Origin: Pseudomonadota bacterium
Lineage (GTDB): Bacteria > Pseudomonadota > Gammaproteobacteria > Burkholderiales > JABEVD01
Assembly: GCA_021848705.1 (NCBI GenBank)
Contig: JAJZTT010000002.1
Span: forward strand, 1 to 45,012
DNA: 45,012 nucleotides
Direction of reading: 5' to 3'
The translations under genes were made by a program, and so were the position numbers. Under the pieces are notes generated by a model. That model saw nothing but the letters and a program-made list of their open reading frames with translations, made no database searches and was not told the DNA's origin. Below, in pieces: positions 8,326 through 17,617 of this stretch (its first letter is position 1; each line of letters opens with the position of its first letter).

Positions 8326-10412
8326 TATCCGTCAACCCCGTTCTTTTTCGGCTGGCTGTCTATCTTATCCGAAACGGGCAGAATTATCCTGAACAAGGTT
8401 CCCCGTCCCGGCTCGCTTTCCACTTCGACATTCCCGCCCAGTTCGCGCACATACTCCCTGCATTCGTGCGCCCCTACGCCCATTCCGGAAGATTTGGTCG
8501 AATCGAAGGGGCGGAAAAGGCGTTCCCGGACAAATGCTTCCTCCATCCCCTTGCCGTTGTCCTCCACCTCGATGACCGCGAATCCGTCCCTTTCCTGCAA
8601 TCTCGCTTCGACCGTACCGTCGTAACGGGTCGCTTCGCAGGCATTCTGCACGACATGCCCGACCACCCGGGCCAGCCTGTCCTCGTCGGCAAGAACGAAA
8701 AGATCCCGTTCGGGGAGGAAGAGTGTCGGGCGCGGCTTCAGGGCGGATTTATCCTGAAGCACCATTTTCAACAGGGAAGACAGCGAAACCCTGGATTCCC
8801 TGCTTTCGTCTCCCTGCCCGCTTCGCAACTGGGAAAGGAGCTTCTTCATTTTCTGCACCGAATTTTCAACCGTGCTCAGCATGTCTTCCTGGAACTCAGG
8901 ATTGTCCCTGTGCTTTTCCGCATTCGAAAGCATCAGGGAAAGCTGGGCAACCAGATTTTTCAGGTCATGCACCACGAAGGCGGACATCCTGTTGAAGGAA
9001 TCGAACTGGCGCGCAACCAGCAGGGCATCGTTCGCACGCTTCTGTGCAAGGCTGTTGGCGAGCTGGTGCCCGGCCGCCTTCACCAGATCGCACGACTCCC
9101 AGTTGAAGGCGAATTCGCTTCTCGGCTCCATCAGCACGATGAATCCGAGCAGATCCTCGTTCAGCATGACCGGCACCACCAGCCATGCTTTCGGACTATC
9201 CCGGAGCCATTCCGGAATTTCCAGATCGCCGTAGAGTTCGGGGTGAGGGGCATATTCGTCCAGATTGATCACCCAGCGGGAACGCAGGAGGAAGCCGATC
9301 ATGGAGTCGTTCCCGGAAAGCTCGGCACCGGGCAGGGCCGCATTCCATCCGGCAACGCAGGAATAGGAATTCGCCTCCCCCTTCATCCAGAGAAGGCCGG
9401 CGGGGCTGTCCACCAGGGCCGCGATCGCCTTGATCGCGTGCTCGTAAAGCGCTTCGCCTTCGCCGGAGACGGTGAGCGTGCGGGTGAATTTCAGCCATTC
9501 CTCCCGGTAATCGTACTTGTAACTGAAGAAATGCTTGAACAGGAAAATCCTCAGCCTGGAGCGCAGGGTTCCTGAAAAGAAGATGGTGAGCAGCAGGAGC
9601 GAAGCGCCGAACAGAAAGGATATCTGCAGCACGGAGCCCCATCTTCCTCCGAAGATGCGGATGTAATAGCCCGCTGCCGCCATGACGAGCAGGTAGATCC
9701 CTGCGCCGAAAAGAGAGGCGGTATGAAACACCACATGGCGGGAAAGATGCACCTTCAGCGACCATTGGGGATTCCTTGCCGCGGACACCATGATGAGCGG
9801 CGCGACGAAGGCATTGACGATCCCCCTTGCGGCCCAGAGATTCACGTTCACCTGCCTGAACAGCATGGCATCCGAATAGAGGAAGAAATCATAGGCGAAC
9901 ATGGTCCCGACTGCGAGACACATGAACTTGATCCCCCACCTCGAATCCGGATGGGTATTGCGGTAAAGCTGCTCGATCAGCACCATGCCCGTCACTGCGA
10001 GCAACACATGACCGATGATGGAGACGAGATAATATTCAAGACGGGGATGCAGGTAACCCGCCTGCACGAACATCACGAGAAACAGCCAGGTGGCGACGAC
10101 GGCAAGAAACAGGGTGCGGAAATAGGGAACGATTCCCTGTCCACCGTCCTTCCTGGCTGCGGAAAGGACTTCCCAGATGAAAAGAGCCCAGATCGCGCCC
10201 TTCAGAACATCCATCGCTTCGACCAGCGCGGAAATTCCCGCCAGGTAATCTGCGAAGGCATCCGTCAGGGCCCAGAAAAAAGTCGCTGCGCAGGCAGCCA
10301 TCAGCAACGCCCCGCGATAACGCCCCTTCCATCCGATGAACAGGAAAATGCTCACGATGGCAAAAGCCGCAGCAGCAGCGAGATAACTGATCTCGTTGAT
10401 CAGGAAGGGCAT
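8325..10412 (-). CDS. prsK: PEP-CTERM system sensor histidine kinase PrsK
   Basis: ORF 8325..10571 is trimmed to the ATG at 10412 (MPFLINEISYL...), overlapping the upstream TAA stop by 1 nt. Multi-pass membrane N-terminus, a GAF-like middle region, H-box FVVHDLKNL, and ATPase G-boxes EVEDNGKGM and GMGVGAHECREYVRELGG. Confidence 0.87.
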   Translation of the reverse strand: MPFLINEISYLAAAAAFAIVSIFLFIGWKGRYRGALLMAACAATFFWALTDAFADYLAGISALVEAMDVLKGAIWALFIWEVLSAARKDGGQGIVPYFRTLFLAVVATWLFLVMFVQAGYLHPRLEYYLVSIIGHVLLAVTGMVLIEQLYRNTHPDSRWGIKFMCLAVGTMFAYDFFLYSDAMLFRQVNVNLWAARGIVNAFVAPLIMVSAARNPQWSLKVHLSRHVVFHTASLFGAGIYLLVMAAAGYYIRIFGGRWGSVLQISFLFGASLLLLTIFFSGTLRSRLRIFLFKHFFSYKYDYREEWLKFTRTLTVSGEGEALYEHAIKAIAALVDSPAGLLWMKGEANSYSCVAGWNAALPGAELSGNDSMIGFLLRSRWVINLDEYAPHPELYGDLEIPEWLRDSPKAWLVVPVMLNEDLLGFIVLMEPRSEFAFNWESCDLVKAAGHQLANSLAQKRANDALLVARQFDSFNRMSAFVVHDLKNLVAQLSLMLSNAEKHRDNPEFQEDMLSTVENSVQKMKKLLSQLRSGQGDESRESRVSLSSLLKMVLQDKSALKPRPTLFLPERDLFVLADEDRLARVVGHVVQNACEATRYDGTVEARLQERDGFAVIEVEDNGKGMEEAFVRERLFRPFDSTKSSGMGVGAHECREYVRELGGNVEVESEPGRGTLFRIILPVSDKIDSQPKKNGVDG

Positions 10413-11809
10413 TATCTTGCCCCCTTGCCCCACAGAACGACCTGAATCGTCTGAAACAGGATCATGATGTCCAGGAACATGCTGTGATTCTTGACATAAT
10501 AAAGGTCGTACTGGAGTTTTTCGATCGAATCCTCGATCGAGGCGCCATAAGCATAGCGAACCTGCGCCCATCCAGTGATCCCCGGCTTCACGCTGTGCCT
10601 GAATTTGAAATAGGGAATCTCCTTCGAAAGCTGCTCGACGAAATAGGGGCGCTCCGGACGTGGACCGACGAAACTCATGTCTCCCTTGAAGACGTTGAAG
10701 ATCTGGGGCAGTTCGTCGATGCGGAGCTTGCGGATGATCCTTCCCATGCGGGTCACGCGATTGTCATCCTTGGCAGCCCAGATCGGCACGCCGCCCTTTT
10801 CCGCATCGGATCTCATGCTTCGGAACTTGAAGATGGTGAACGATTTCCCGCCCTGCCCCACCCTCTCCTGCCGATAGATGACCGGGAATCCGCTTTCAGC
10901 GACGATGAGCAGGGATGCGACAGCCATCACCGGAAGGGTGAGGAGCAGCAGCAGGGAACTCGCACAGAGGTCGAAAATGCGCTTGTTGAGATCCCTTGCC
11001 ATCCCGGCCTGGAATCCTTCGGAATGGATCATCCAGCCGGTATTGAGCGATTCGAGCTGCAACTGTCCTGCCTCCCTTTCGAAAAGGGAGGAAAGTTCGG
11101 TGACACGGATTCCAGTCAGGCGGCATTCCAGCAGTTCCTCGAGAGGGAGCGTACCGCGCCGGTCGCGGATGGCGATCACGATCTCGGACACCCCGTGACG
11201 CCTGCAGATTTCAAGGAGAGTGCCTTCGTCTTCCAGAATGCCGGAATGATCCACGTAATGATGCACTCCGTCGAGCGGCAGGTAACCCACGATCGCAAGA
11301 CGCTGCGCCACGCTGCGCTTTTCGAGCAGCTTGCCGATCCTCGCCGAACGACTGCCGGTGCCGAGAACCAGCACGCGGCGTTTCAATGCATCCATGTCCG
11401 CCCAGCGAAAGACGAAAAGCCGAACCACCAGTGAGCCCGCCAGCGCAACTGCAAAGGCGATCGCAAAAGCGCCTCTCCCGAGAAAATAACCGGGAACCAG
11501 ATAGAAGAACAGGGTCATCAGCACGAACCCGAGCGTGGTTCCACCTGCAAAACGCAGCATCATGCCGCGCAGCCCACCTTCCCACTCCCCCGCATCATAC
11601 AGGCCGAAAGTCATCATGCTCGCCATCATCACCAGGGTGAAGATGACCGCCCTGGGCATGATGTTTTCCAGTTCCTCGCTCGGAACATGCCCGAAAGGCA
11701 GCCAGCGCAAAAGATCGCCGACATGGATCGCGAACATGAAGATGGAAAATTCCAGAATCAGGATCAGCAGTATGCTCTTGGGAATGTAATGACCGAAAAA
11801 TCGTATCAT
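10412..11809 (-). CDS. Polyprenyl-phosphate sugar phosphotransferase (EpsB-like priming transferase, PEP-CTERM-system associated)
   Basis: ORF trimmed to the ATG at 11809 (MIRFFGHYIPKSILL...), matching the usual N-terminus of this family. C-terminal bacterial sugar-transferase domain: KRIFDL...VIYRQERVGQGGKSFTIFKFRSM...RIDELPQIFNVFKGDMSFVGPRPERP. Confidence 0.9.
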   Translation of the reverse strand: MIRFFGHYIPKSILLILILEFSIFMFAIHVGDLLRWLPFGHVPSEELENIMPRAVIFTLVMMASMMTFGLYDAGEWEGGLRGMMLRFAGGTTLGFVLMTLFFYLVPGYFLGRGAFAIAFAVALAGSLVVRLFVFRWADMDALKRRVLVLGTGSRSARIGKLLEKRSVAQRLAIVGYLPLDGVHHYVDHSGILEDEGTLLEICRRHGVSEIVIAIRDRRGTLPLEELLECRLTGIRVTELSSLFEREAGQLQLESLNTGWMIHSEGFQAGMARDLNKRIFDLCASSLLLLLTLPVMAVASLLIVAESGFPVIYRQERVGQGGKSFTIFKFRSMRSDAEKGGVPIWAAKDDNRVTRMGRIIRKLRIDELPQIFNVFKGDMSFVGPRPERPYFVEQLSKEIPYFKFRHSVKPGITGWAQVRYAYGASIEDSIEKLQYDLYYVKNHSMFLDIMILFQTIQVVLWGKGAR

Positions 11810-11983
11810 CTGTCTTGTTTTGATAGTTGATGGCGCCCATTTTACCCCATAAAGAACATGCAGCGCATCCGAATGAAGGAGCGTTTGAACTATCCATGAA
11901 TGCCAAGTAGAATGGCGCATCGATTGGACTGGGCGTGCGGGCATGAGCAAATCATCTCTGGAAACATTTTCGTGAGCAGATCG

Positions 11984-12586
11984 ATGCGTTTTTTGCTGGC
12001 ATTTCTATTCATTTCCCTCCTGCTCGGGGGATGCGCGACCAGCTTTCCGCCCGCTCCCGCCAGAATCGGCGCACCCTATTCGAACAATTATCTGATCGGC
12101 CCCGGAGACAACCTCAACATCGTCGTCTGGCACAACACGGAGATTTCCGAAACGATTCCGGTGCGGCCGGACGGCAAGATATCCGCCCCCCTGGTGGAAG
12201 ACATGGTGGCTGCCGGAAAGACCCCCACCCAGCTTGCGCGCGATCTGGAAAAGGCACTTTCCCGATACATCCTCTCTCCCATCGTCACGGTGGTGGTCAC
12301 GGGCTTTTCGGGACCGTACGATCAGCAGATCCGGGTCATCGGTCAGGCTGCCAAGCCGCAGGCGCTGCAATACCGCGACGACATGACGCTGATGGACGTG
12401 ATGATCGCAGTGGGCGGCATCACGGAATTCGCCGCCGGAAACCGCGCGACCATCCTGCGCAGGGTCGGCAAAACCCAAAAGCAGTATTCCGTGAGACTGG
12501 ACGACCTGATGAAAGACGGCGACATCTCCGCCAATGTCCCAATGCAGCCGGGAGATGTGCTCATCATTCCGGAAAGCTATTTCTGA
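11984..12586 (+). CDS. Polysaccharide export outer-membrane lipoprotein (Wza-like, PEP-CTERM locus type)
   Basis: ORF 11900..12586 is trimmed to the ATG at 11984. That start gives a lipoprotein signal MRFLLAFLFISLLLGGC with lipobox LLGGC. Poly_export motifs: YLIGPGDNLNIVVW, PVRPDGKISAPL, GDVLIIPE. Confidence 0.88.
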   Translation: MRFLLAFLFISLLLGGCATSFPPAPARIGAPYSNNYLIGPGDNLNIVVWHNTEISETIPVRPDGKISAPLVEDMVAAGKTPTQLARDLEKALSRYILSPIVTVVVTGFSGPYDQQIRVIGQAAKPQALQYRDDMTLMDVMIAVGGITEFAAGNRATILRRVGKTQKQYSVRLDDLMKDGDISANVPMQPGDVLIIPESYF

Positions 12587-12598
12587 GGAAGCACGGAC

Positions 12599-14137
12599 AT
12601 GCATGAACTCGCCGCCCAACTGTTTGCCTATTCCCTCGCCGTCTGGCGGCATCGATGGTATATCCTGGTCACTGCCTGGGTGGTTTCCATCGGAAGCTGG
12701 ATTGCCATCCATTATCTCCCCAACCGCTTCGAGGCGTCCGCACGAGTCTATGTCGACACACAGTCCCTGTTGCGCCCGCTGATGGCGGGCATCGCCGTGC
12801 AGCCCAACACCAACCAGCAGGTCGCGATCATGGCCAACACCCTGATCAACCGCCCCAATCTCGAGAAGGTCGCCAGAATGACCGATCTCGAACTGAAGGC
12901 CAAAACCCCGTCTGAATTCGAGAACATCATCAACGACCTTTCCAGGAGCATCAAGTTGAAAGGGACCGGTTACGAGGACAACCTCTACACGATCTCATAC
13001 GAGAACCGGGATCCCACCCTGGCCAAGAAAGTGGTCCAGACCCTGCTCAACATCTTCGTCGAGAACGGGCTCGGGAGCAACCGGAAAAACATCGCCTCTT
13101 CCACGAAATTCATCGAGGAACAGCTCCAGTCCTACGAGGAAAAGCTGATCAATGCCGAAAACGCACTGAAGGACTTCAAGCGTCGCAACATCGGCGTCAT
13201 GCCCGGCGAGACGGGGCAGGACTATTATTCCGAGCTTGCTGCGGTCGAGGAAAACATCAACCAGGCACAAATGTCGCTCAACGAGGCGACCAACCGCAGG
13301 GATGCACTGAAAAGACAGCTTTCAGGAGACGATCCGACCCTGCTCGGCGACACCGCCTCCTCCGAAGGCGCCACGCCGGAAATAGACGAAAGGATCAGGA
13401 CACTCAAGACCAGCCTCGACAATCTCAGATTGAAATACACGGACCAGTATCCGGACATCGTGGCGACAAAAAAGCTCATTGCGGAGCTGGAAGCAACCCG
13501 CAAGAAGGAATTGTCCAACCTCAAGCCCTCGGCCGGCCTCTCCCAGAACAGCTATTACGAGCAGCTCAATCTGTCTCTTGCCGACGCGGAAGCGGATGTC
13601 GCTGCCATGCAGGCAAGGCTGGACGGATACCAGAAACGATACAACGACCTGAAGGCTCAGGCTGACAGGATCCCGGAAGTCGAGGCGGAATACACCCAGC
13701 TCACCCGGAATTACGACATCTACAAGAAAAACTACGACACCCTGCTGTCGCGTCGCGAATCCGCAAAACTTTCCGGAGAAATGGAAACCAAGACCGATGT
13801 GGTCGATTTCCGGGTCATCGACCCCCCCAGAGTGCCGCTCACCCCCTCTTCTCCGAACCGCCCCCTCCTGATTTCCCTGGCTTTCCTGGGAAGCATTGCT
13901 GCCGGCATTGCCGTGGCTTTCCTGAGAAGCCAGATCAGGCGCACCGTGGACAACCGGAAGGATCTCTACAATCTCACCGACTTCCCGCTGCTCGGAACGG
14001 TTGCAAAAATCGAAACCAGGGAGTCGAAAATGCAGCATCGCAAGGGGCTGATGATCTATGGCGGGCTCTCGCTCACGCTGTTCCTCGCCTACCTGGGGCT
14101 CGTCACCATACAGCTGATCAGACTCAAGATGGCATGA
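12599..14137 (+). CDS. Chain-length determinant (Wzz/PCP) protein, PEP-CTERM locus subfamily (EpsF-like)
   Basis: 512 aa. N-terminal TM segment, a long coiled-coil periplasmic region, a proline-rich segment IDPPRVPLTPSSPNRP, then a C-terminal TM segment. Confidence 0.88.
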   Translation: MHELAAQLFAYSLAVWRHRWYILVTAWVVSIGSWIAIHYLPNRFEASARVYVDTQSLLRPLMAGIAVQPNTNQQVAIMANTLINRPNLEKVARMTDLELKAKTPSEFENIINDLSRSIKLKGTGYEDNLYTISYENRDPTLAKKVVQTLLNIFVENGLGSNRKNIASSTKFIEEQLQSYEEKLINAENALKDFKRRNIGVMPGETGQDYYSELAAVEENINQAQMSLNEATNRRDALKRQLSGDDPTLLGDTASSEGATPEIDERIRTLKTSLDNLRLKYTDQYPDIVATKKLIAELEATRKKELSNLKPSAGLSQNSYYEQLNLSLADAEADVAAMQARLDGYQKRYNDLKAQADRIPEVEAEYTQLTRNYDIYKKNYDTLLSRRESAKLSGEMETKTDVVDFRVIDPPRVPLTPSSPNRPLLISLAFLGSIAAGIAVAFLRSQIRRTVDNRKDLYNLTDFPLLGTVAKIETRESKMQHRKGLMIYGGLSLTLFLAYLGLVTIQLIRLKMA

Positions 14138-14904
14138 GAGACATGGACATGCAGGAAAAAACGCAGGACCCGAAATACCGTGAAATCAACCTCGAAGCGC
14201 TGAAATCCAGGCACATCATCACGCCTCAGGGAGAAAACACACGCAGCGCGGAAGAATTCCGGATGATCAAGCGTCCGCTGCTCGACAATGCCTTCGATCC
14301 GGCCATCAAGAACGGCAACCTGATCATGGTGACCTCCGCCCTCCCGGGAGAGGGAAAAACCTTCTGCACGGTGAATCTCGCCATGAGCATCGCCATGGAA
14401 CTCAATCGCACCCTGCTGCTGGTCGACGCGGACGTGTCCAAGCCTTCCGTGCTCAGGAAGCTCGGCATCACGGCAGACCGTGGACTGCTCGACCTGCTTC
14501 AGGACCGGGAACTGAATCCAGCCGACGTTCTGCTGAAAACCAATATCGAAAACCTCACCATCCTTCCTTCCGGGAGACACCACAAGAAGGCGACCGAACT
14601 GCTCGCAAGCCAGGCGATGATGTCTCTTCTGCAGGAAATGGCGCAGCGCTATCCGGACCGGATCATCCTGTTCGATTCCCCACCTCTGCTCGTCACCACC
14701 GAAGCGAGCGTGCTCGCCTCTCACATGGGGCAGATCGTGATGGTGGTGGAAGCGGAAAAAACCCCGCAACCCGCTGTCAGGGAAGCCCTGTCCCTGATCG
14801 ATTCCTGCGAAGTGGTCGGCATCCTGCTCAACAAGACCACGTCCATTCCCGGCGGCAGCTATTACGGGTATGGATACGGATATGGATATGGCCATCATAC
14901 CTAG
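14134..14904 (+). CDS. Bacterial tyrosine (BY) kinase, EpsG-like
   Basis: ATGA overlap with the upstream gene. Walker A-like TSALPGEGKTF, Walker A' LLVDADVSKPS, Walker B RIILFDSPPLL, and C-terminal tyrosine cluster GGSYYGYGYGYGYGHHT. Confidence 0.88.
   Translation: MRDMDMQEKTQDPKYREINLEALKSRHIITPQGENTRSAEEFRMIKRPLLDNAFDPAIKNGNLIMVTSALPGEGKTFCTVNLAMSIAMELNRTLLLVDADVSKPSVLRKLGITADRGLLDLLQDRELNPADVLLKTNIENLTILPSGRHHKKATELLASQAMMSLLQEMAQRYPDRIILFDSPPLLVTTEASVLASHMGQIVMVVEAEKTPQPAVREALSLIDSCEVVGILLNKTTSIPGGSYYGYGYGYGYGHHT
14866..14892 (+). repeat. Imperfect hexanucleotide tandem repeat (GGN-TAY) x4 encoding the BY-kinase tyrosine cluster
   Basis: Read directly: ggg tat gga tac gga tat gga tat ggc. 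It overlaps the possible ATG starts (14870, 14882, 14888) of the next gene. Confidence 0.8.
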
Positions 14905-16414
14905 GTCTGCAGGAATCGGTCTGGCCCTTTTCTCCATTTCCGCCGCGCATGCAGCCGACTGGAAATTTCAGCCCGCAGCCACCCTGACGGAAACCCATAC
15001 AGACAACCTGACCCTCTCCAGTTCCAATCGGCTGAGCGACTTCGTCACCCAGGTGACTCCGGAGATTGGCATCCAGGAACAGGGAGAGCGGACCAACGCC
15101 ACCCTGGATTACAGGATGCAGGGGAACTATTATGCGCAATACAGCCAACTCGATCACTATTATCCAGGCCTGGACGCAAACGCGAATTCGGAGATCCTGA
15201 AAAACACCCTTTATCTGAATGCCGGTGCCTCCATCCTCCAGCAACCATTCATCCTCGCTGCGCCGATCTCCACGAACAATGTGAACCCGACCGGAAACAT
15301 CATCAACATTTCCACCTGGAGCATCACTCCGGAGTTGAAACACCGATTCGGAACTTTCGCCAAGATGGACGCCAGCTACAGTCACGGCATGCAGCACTAC
15401 ACCGCCGGAGGACCTTCCCTGCAGGCCAACAACAACCTGAACACCCTGACCGGAACCGCGAACGACACCATCGACGCGAAACTCGACAGCGGTTCGCGAT
15501 TCGGCAGCCTGCTATGGGGGCTCGATTTGAACGAAATCCGGCTCAGTTACGGCAATAGCGCCATCACCTCGAAACTGGCCACCTATACTGCCAATGTCGG
15601 CTACCTGTTCACCCCGAAATTCAGGATTCAACTCACCGGCGGATACGACAACGACAACTATGTCTATTCCGGGCCGAGGCCGCAGGGCAGGTCCTGGAAT
15701 ACCGAGGTGGACTGGGCCCCCACCTCCCACACCAAATTCGAGGCTTCCGCCGGGCATCGCTATTTCGGAAGCACGAACAGCTTCAATGCCACCCATGTCA
15801 CCAGGCTCACTTCATTGAACGCCAGCTACACCCAGGATGTCACGAGCACCATCCTGCAGCAGCCCCTCCCTGCCGCTGCCGCGGTCGGTCAGCTTCTTCA
15901 GGCGCAGATCCCCAACGCCGCAGCCAGACAGCAACAGGTACAGAACCTGCTCGCGGGGCTGGGCACCCAGGGAGCGCTGTTCGGACAGAACGTCATCACC
16001 AACCAGATCTTCCTACTGAAAAAATTCAATGCTTCCCTCGGAATCAACCTTTCGAGAACCATGATCGTGCTTTCTGCGTTCAACAGCACCAGCATCCCGC
16101 TCCAGCCGCCCAACGTGCTTCTTCCCGGCTCGCTCAATTACGGCACGAGCAAGCAGCAAGGAGCAACGTTCTCCTGGAATTACCAGATCTCTCCGAAACT
16201 GACTGCAGGCGCAAACGCGATGCTCACGAACATCACCTTTCCGGGCCAGACCTTCAGTGGAAACACCCGATTCATTACCTTCGGCCTCAACAGGACGCTC
16301 TCCCTGCATCTCACAGGCTCTCTTTCCCTGCGCAACAACATGTTCACATCGAACCTCGCCGGACCGAATTACAGCGAGAATGCGCTGATCGCCAGCCTGA
16401 ACTGGAGAAACTGA
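14888..16414 (+). CDS. Outer-membrane beta-barrel protein, PEP-CTERM-system associated
   Basis: ORF 14870..16414. The start is ambiguous; 14888 gives signal peptide MAIIPRSAGIGLALFSISAAHA/ADW. Asn/Thr/Gly/Tyr-rich with an alternating beta-strand pattern, and it sits after EpsG as in XrtA loci. Confidence 0.72.
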   Translation: MAIIPRSAGIGLALFSISAAHAADWKFQPAATLTETHTDNLTLSSSNRLSDFVTQVTPEIGIQEQGERTNATLDYRMQGNYYAQYSQLDHYYPGLDANANSEILKNTLYLNAGASILQQPFILAAPISTNNVNPTGNIINISTWSITPELKHRFGTFAKMDASYSHGMQHYTAGGPSLQANNNLNTLTGTANDTIDAKLDSGSRFGSLLWGLDLNEIRLSYGNSAITSKLATYTANVGYLFTPKFRIQLTGGYDNDNYVYSGPRPQGRSWNTEVDWAPTSHTKFEASAGHRYFGSTNSFNATHVTRLTSLNASYTQDVTSTILQQPLPAAAAVGQLLQAQIPNAAARQQQVQNLLAGLGTQGALFGQNVITNQIFLLKKFNASLGINLSRTMIVLSAFNSTSIPLQPPNVLLPGSLNYGTSKQQGATFSWNYQISPKLTAGANAMLTNITFPGQTFSGNTRFITFGLNRTLSLHLTGSLSLRNNMFTSNLAGPNYSENALIASLNWRN

Positions 16415-16444
16415 AATCTTTCCGTGGCATAATATCGAAAATCT

Positions 16445-17617
16445 ATGGCCGGACGATTCCGGCGAAAATTTCCGGAGACCGATGTGGGCAAGAAAAAAAT
16501 CCTTTGCGTGGTGGGCGCACGCCCGAATTTCATGAAAATCGCCCCGATCATGGCGGCCATAAAGGGGCATCCGGCACTCCAGCCGATCCTCGTCCACACC
16601 GGACAGCATTATGACAATGCCATGAATCATCAGTTCTTCTCGGACCTCGGCATCCCGGAACCGGACGTGAATCTGGAGGTAGGATCGGGTACTCATGCCG
16701 AACAGACTGCAGACATCATGAAGCGATTCGAGCCCGTCATCGACCGCGAACATCCTGATGCAGTTCTGGTGGTGGGCGACGTCAACTCGACCATCGCCTG
16801 CGCACTGGTTGCATCGAAAAAGACCGTGCCGGTGATCCATGTCGAGGCCGGACTGAGGAGCTTCGACAGGACCATGCCGGAAGAAATCAACCGCATCCTC
16901 ACCGACCAGATTTCCGATCTTCTCTTCACGACGGAACGCCCGGCGGGAGAAAATCTGCTGCGCGAAGGGATCCGCGGGGACCGCATCCATTTCGTCGGCA
17001 ACGTGATGATCGACACGCTGCATCGCAATCTGGCGCGAGCGGTTCCGGCGAAGAAAATCTTCGAGGACGCCGGTGCCCCGGAGCGTTTCCTGCAAGGCCC
17101 TTATGCAGCGCTCACCCTGCATCGTCCTTCCAATGTGGATCACCCGGATACGCTGAAGTCGCTACTGGAGACAATACACCTCATCAGCAAAAGGATCCCG
17201 GTCGCTTTCGCCCTGCACCCCAGGACCAGGAACCGGATCGAATCCTTCGGCCTTTCATGCCTGCTGGAAAACCCGAATCTGCTCATCCTTCCTCCGCTCG
17301 GCTATCTGCAGATGCTGGGACTCATGAAGGATGCAAAGCTGTTCCTGACCGATTCCGGCGGCGTGCAGGAGGAAACCACTGCGCTCGGAGTCCCCTGCAT
17401 CACGCTGCGTGAAAACACCGAGCGCACCATCACGGTCGATGCGGGCAGCAACACCATCGTGGGGACAGACAGAAACAAGATCATCGAAGCCTTCGAGGAC
17501 ATCCTCTCCTCCGGCGGGAAGGCGGGCAAGATCCCTGAATGCTGGGACGGACACGCATCGGAGCGCATCGTCGACCTCATGGCGCGATGGCTGCAAAACG
17601 GGGGCGGGGTTGCGTAA
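16445..17617 (+). CDS. wecB: UDP-N-acetylglucosamine 2-epimerase (non-hydrolysing)
   Basis: 390 aa. Motifs: VVGARPNFMKIAP, VHTGQHYD, VVGDVNST, HVEAGLRSFDRTMPEEINR. The exact start is uncertain; an internal GTG before KKKILCV is possible. Confidence 0.93.
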   Translation: MAGRFRRKFPETDVGKKKILCVVGARPNFMKIAPIMAAIKGHPALQPILVHTGQHYDNAMNHQFFSDLGIPEPDVNLEVGSGTHAEQTADIMKRFEPVIDREHPDAVLVVGDVNSTIACALVASKKTVPVIHVEAGLRSFDRTMPEEINRILTDQISDLLFTTERPAGENLLREGIRGDRIHFVGNVMIDTLHRNLARAVPAKKIFEDAGAPERFLQGPYAALTLHRPSNVDHPDTLKSLLETIHLISKRIPVAFALHPRTRNRIESFGLSCLLENPNLLILPPLGYLQMLGLMKDAKLFLTDSGGVQEETTALGVPCITLRENTERTITVDAGSNTIVGTDRNKIIEAFEDILSSGGKAGKIPECWDGHASERIVDLMARWLQNGGGVA

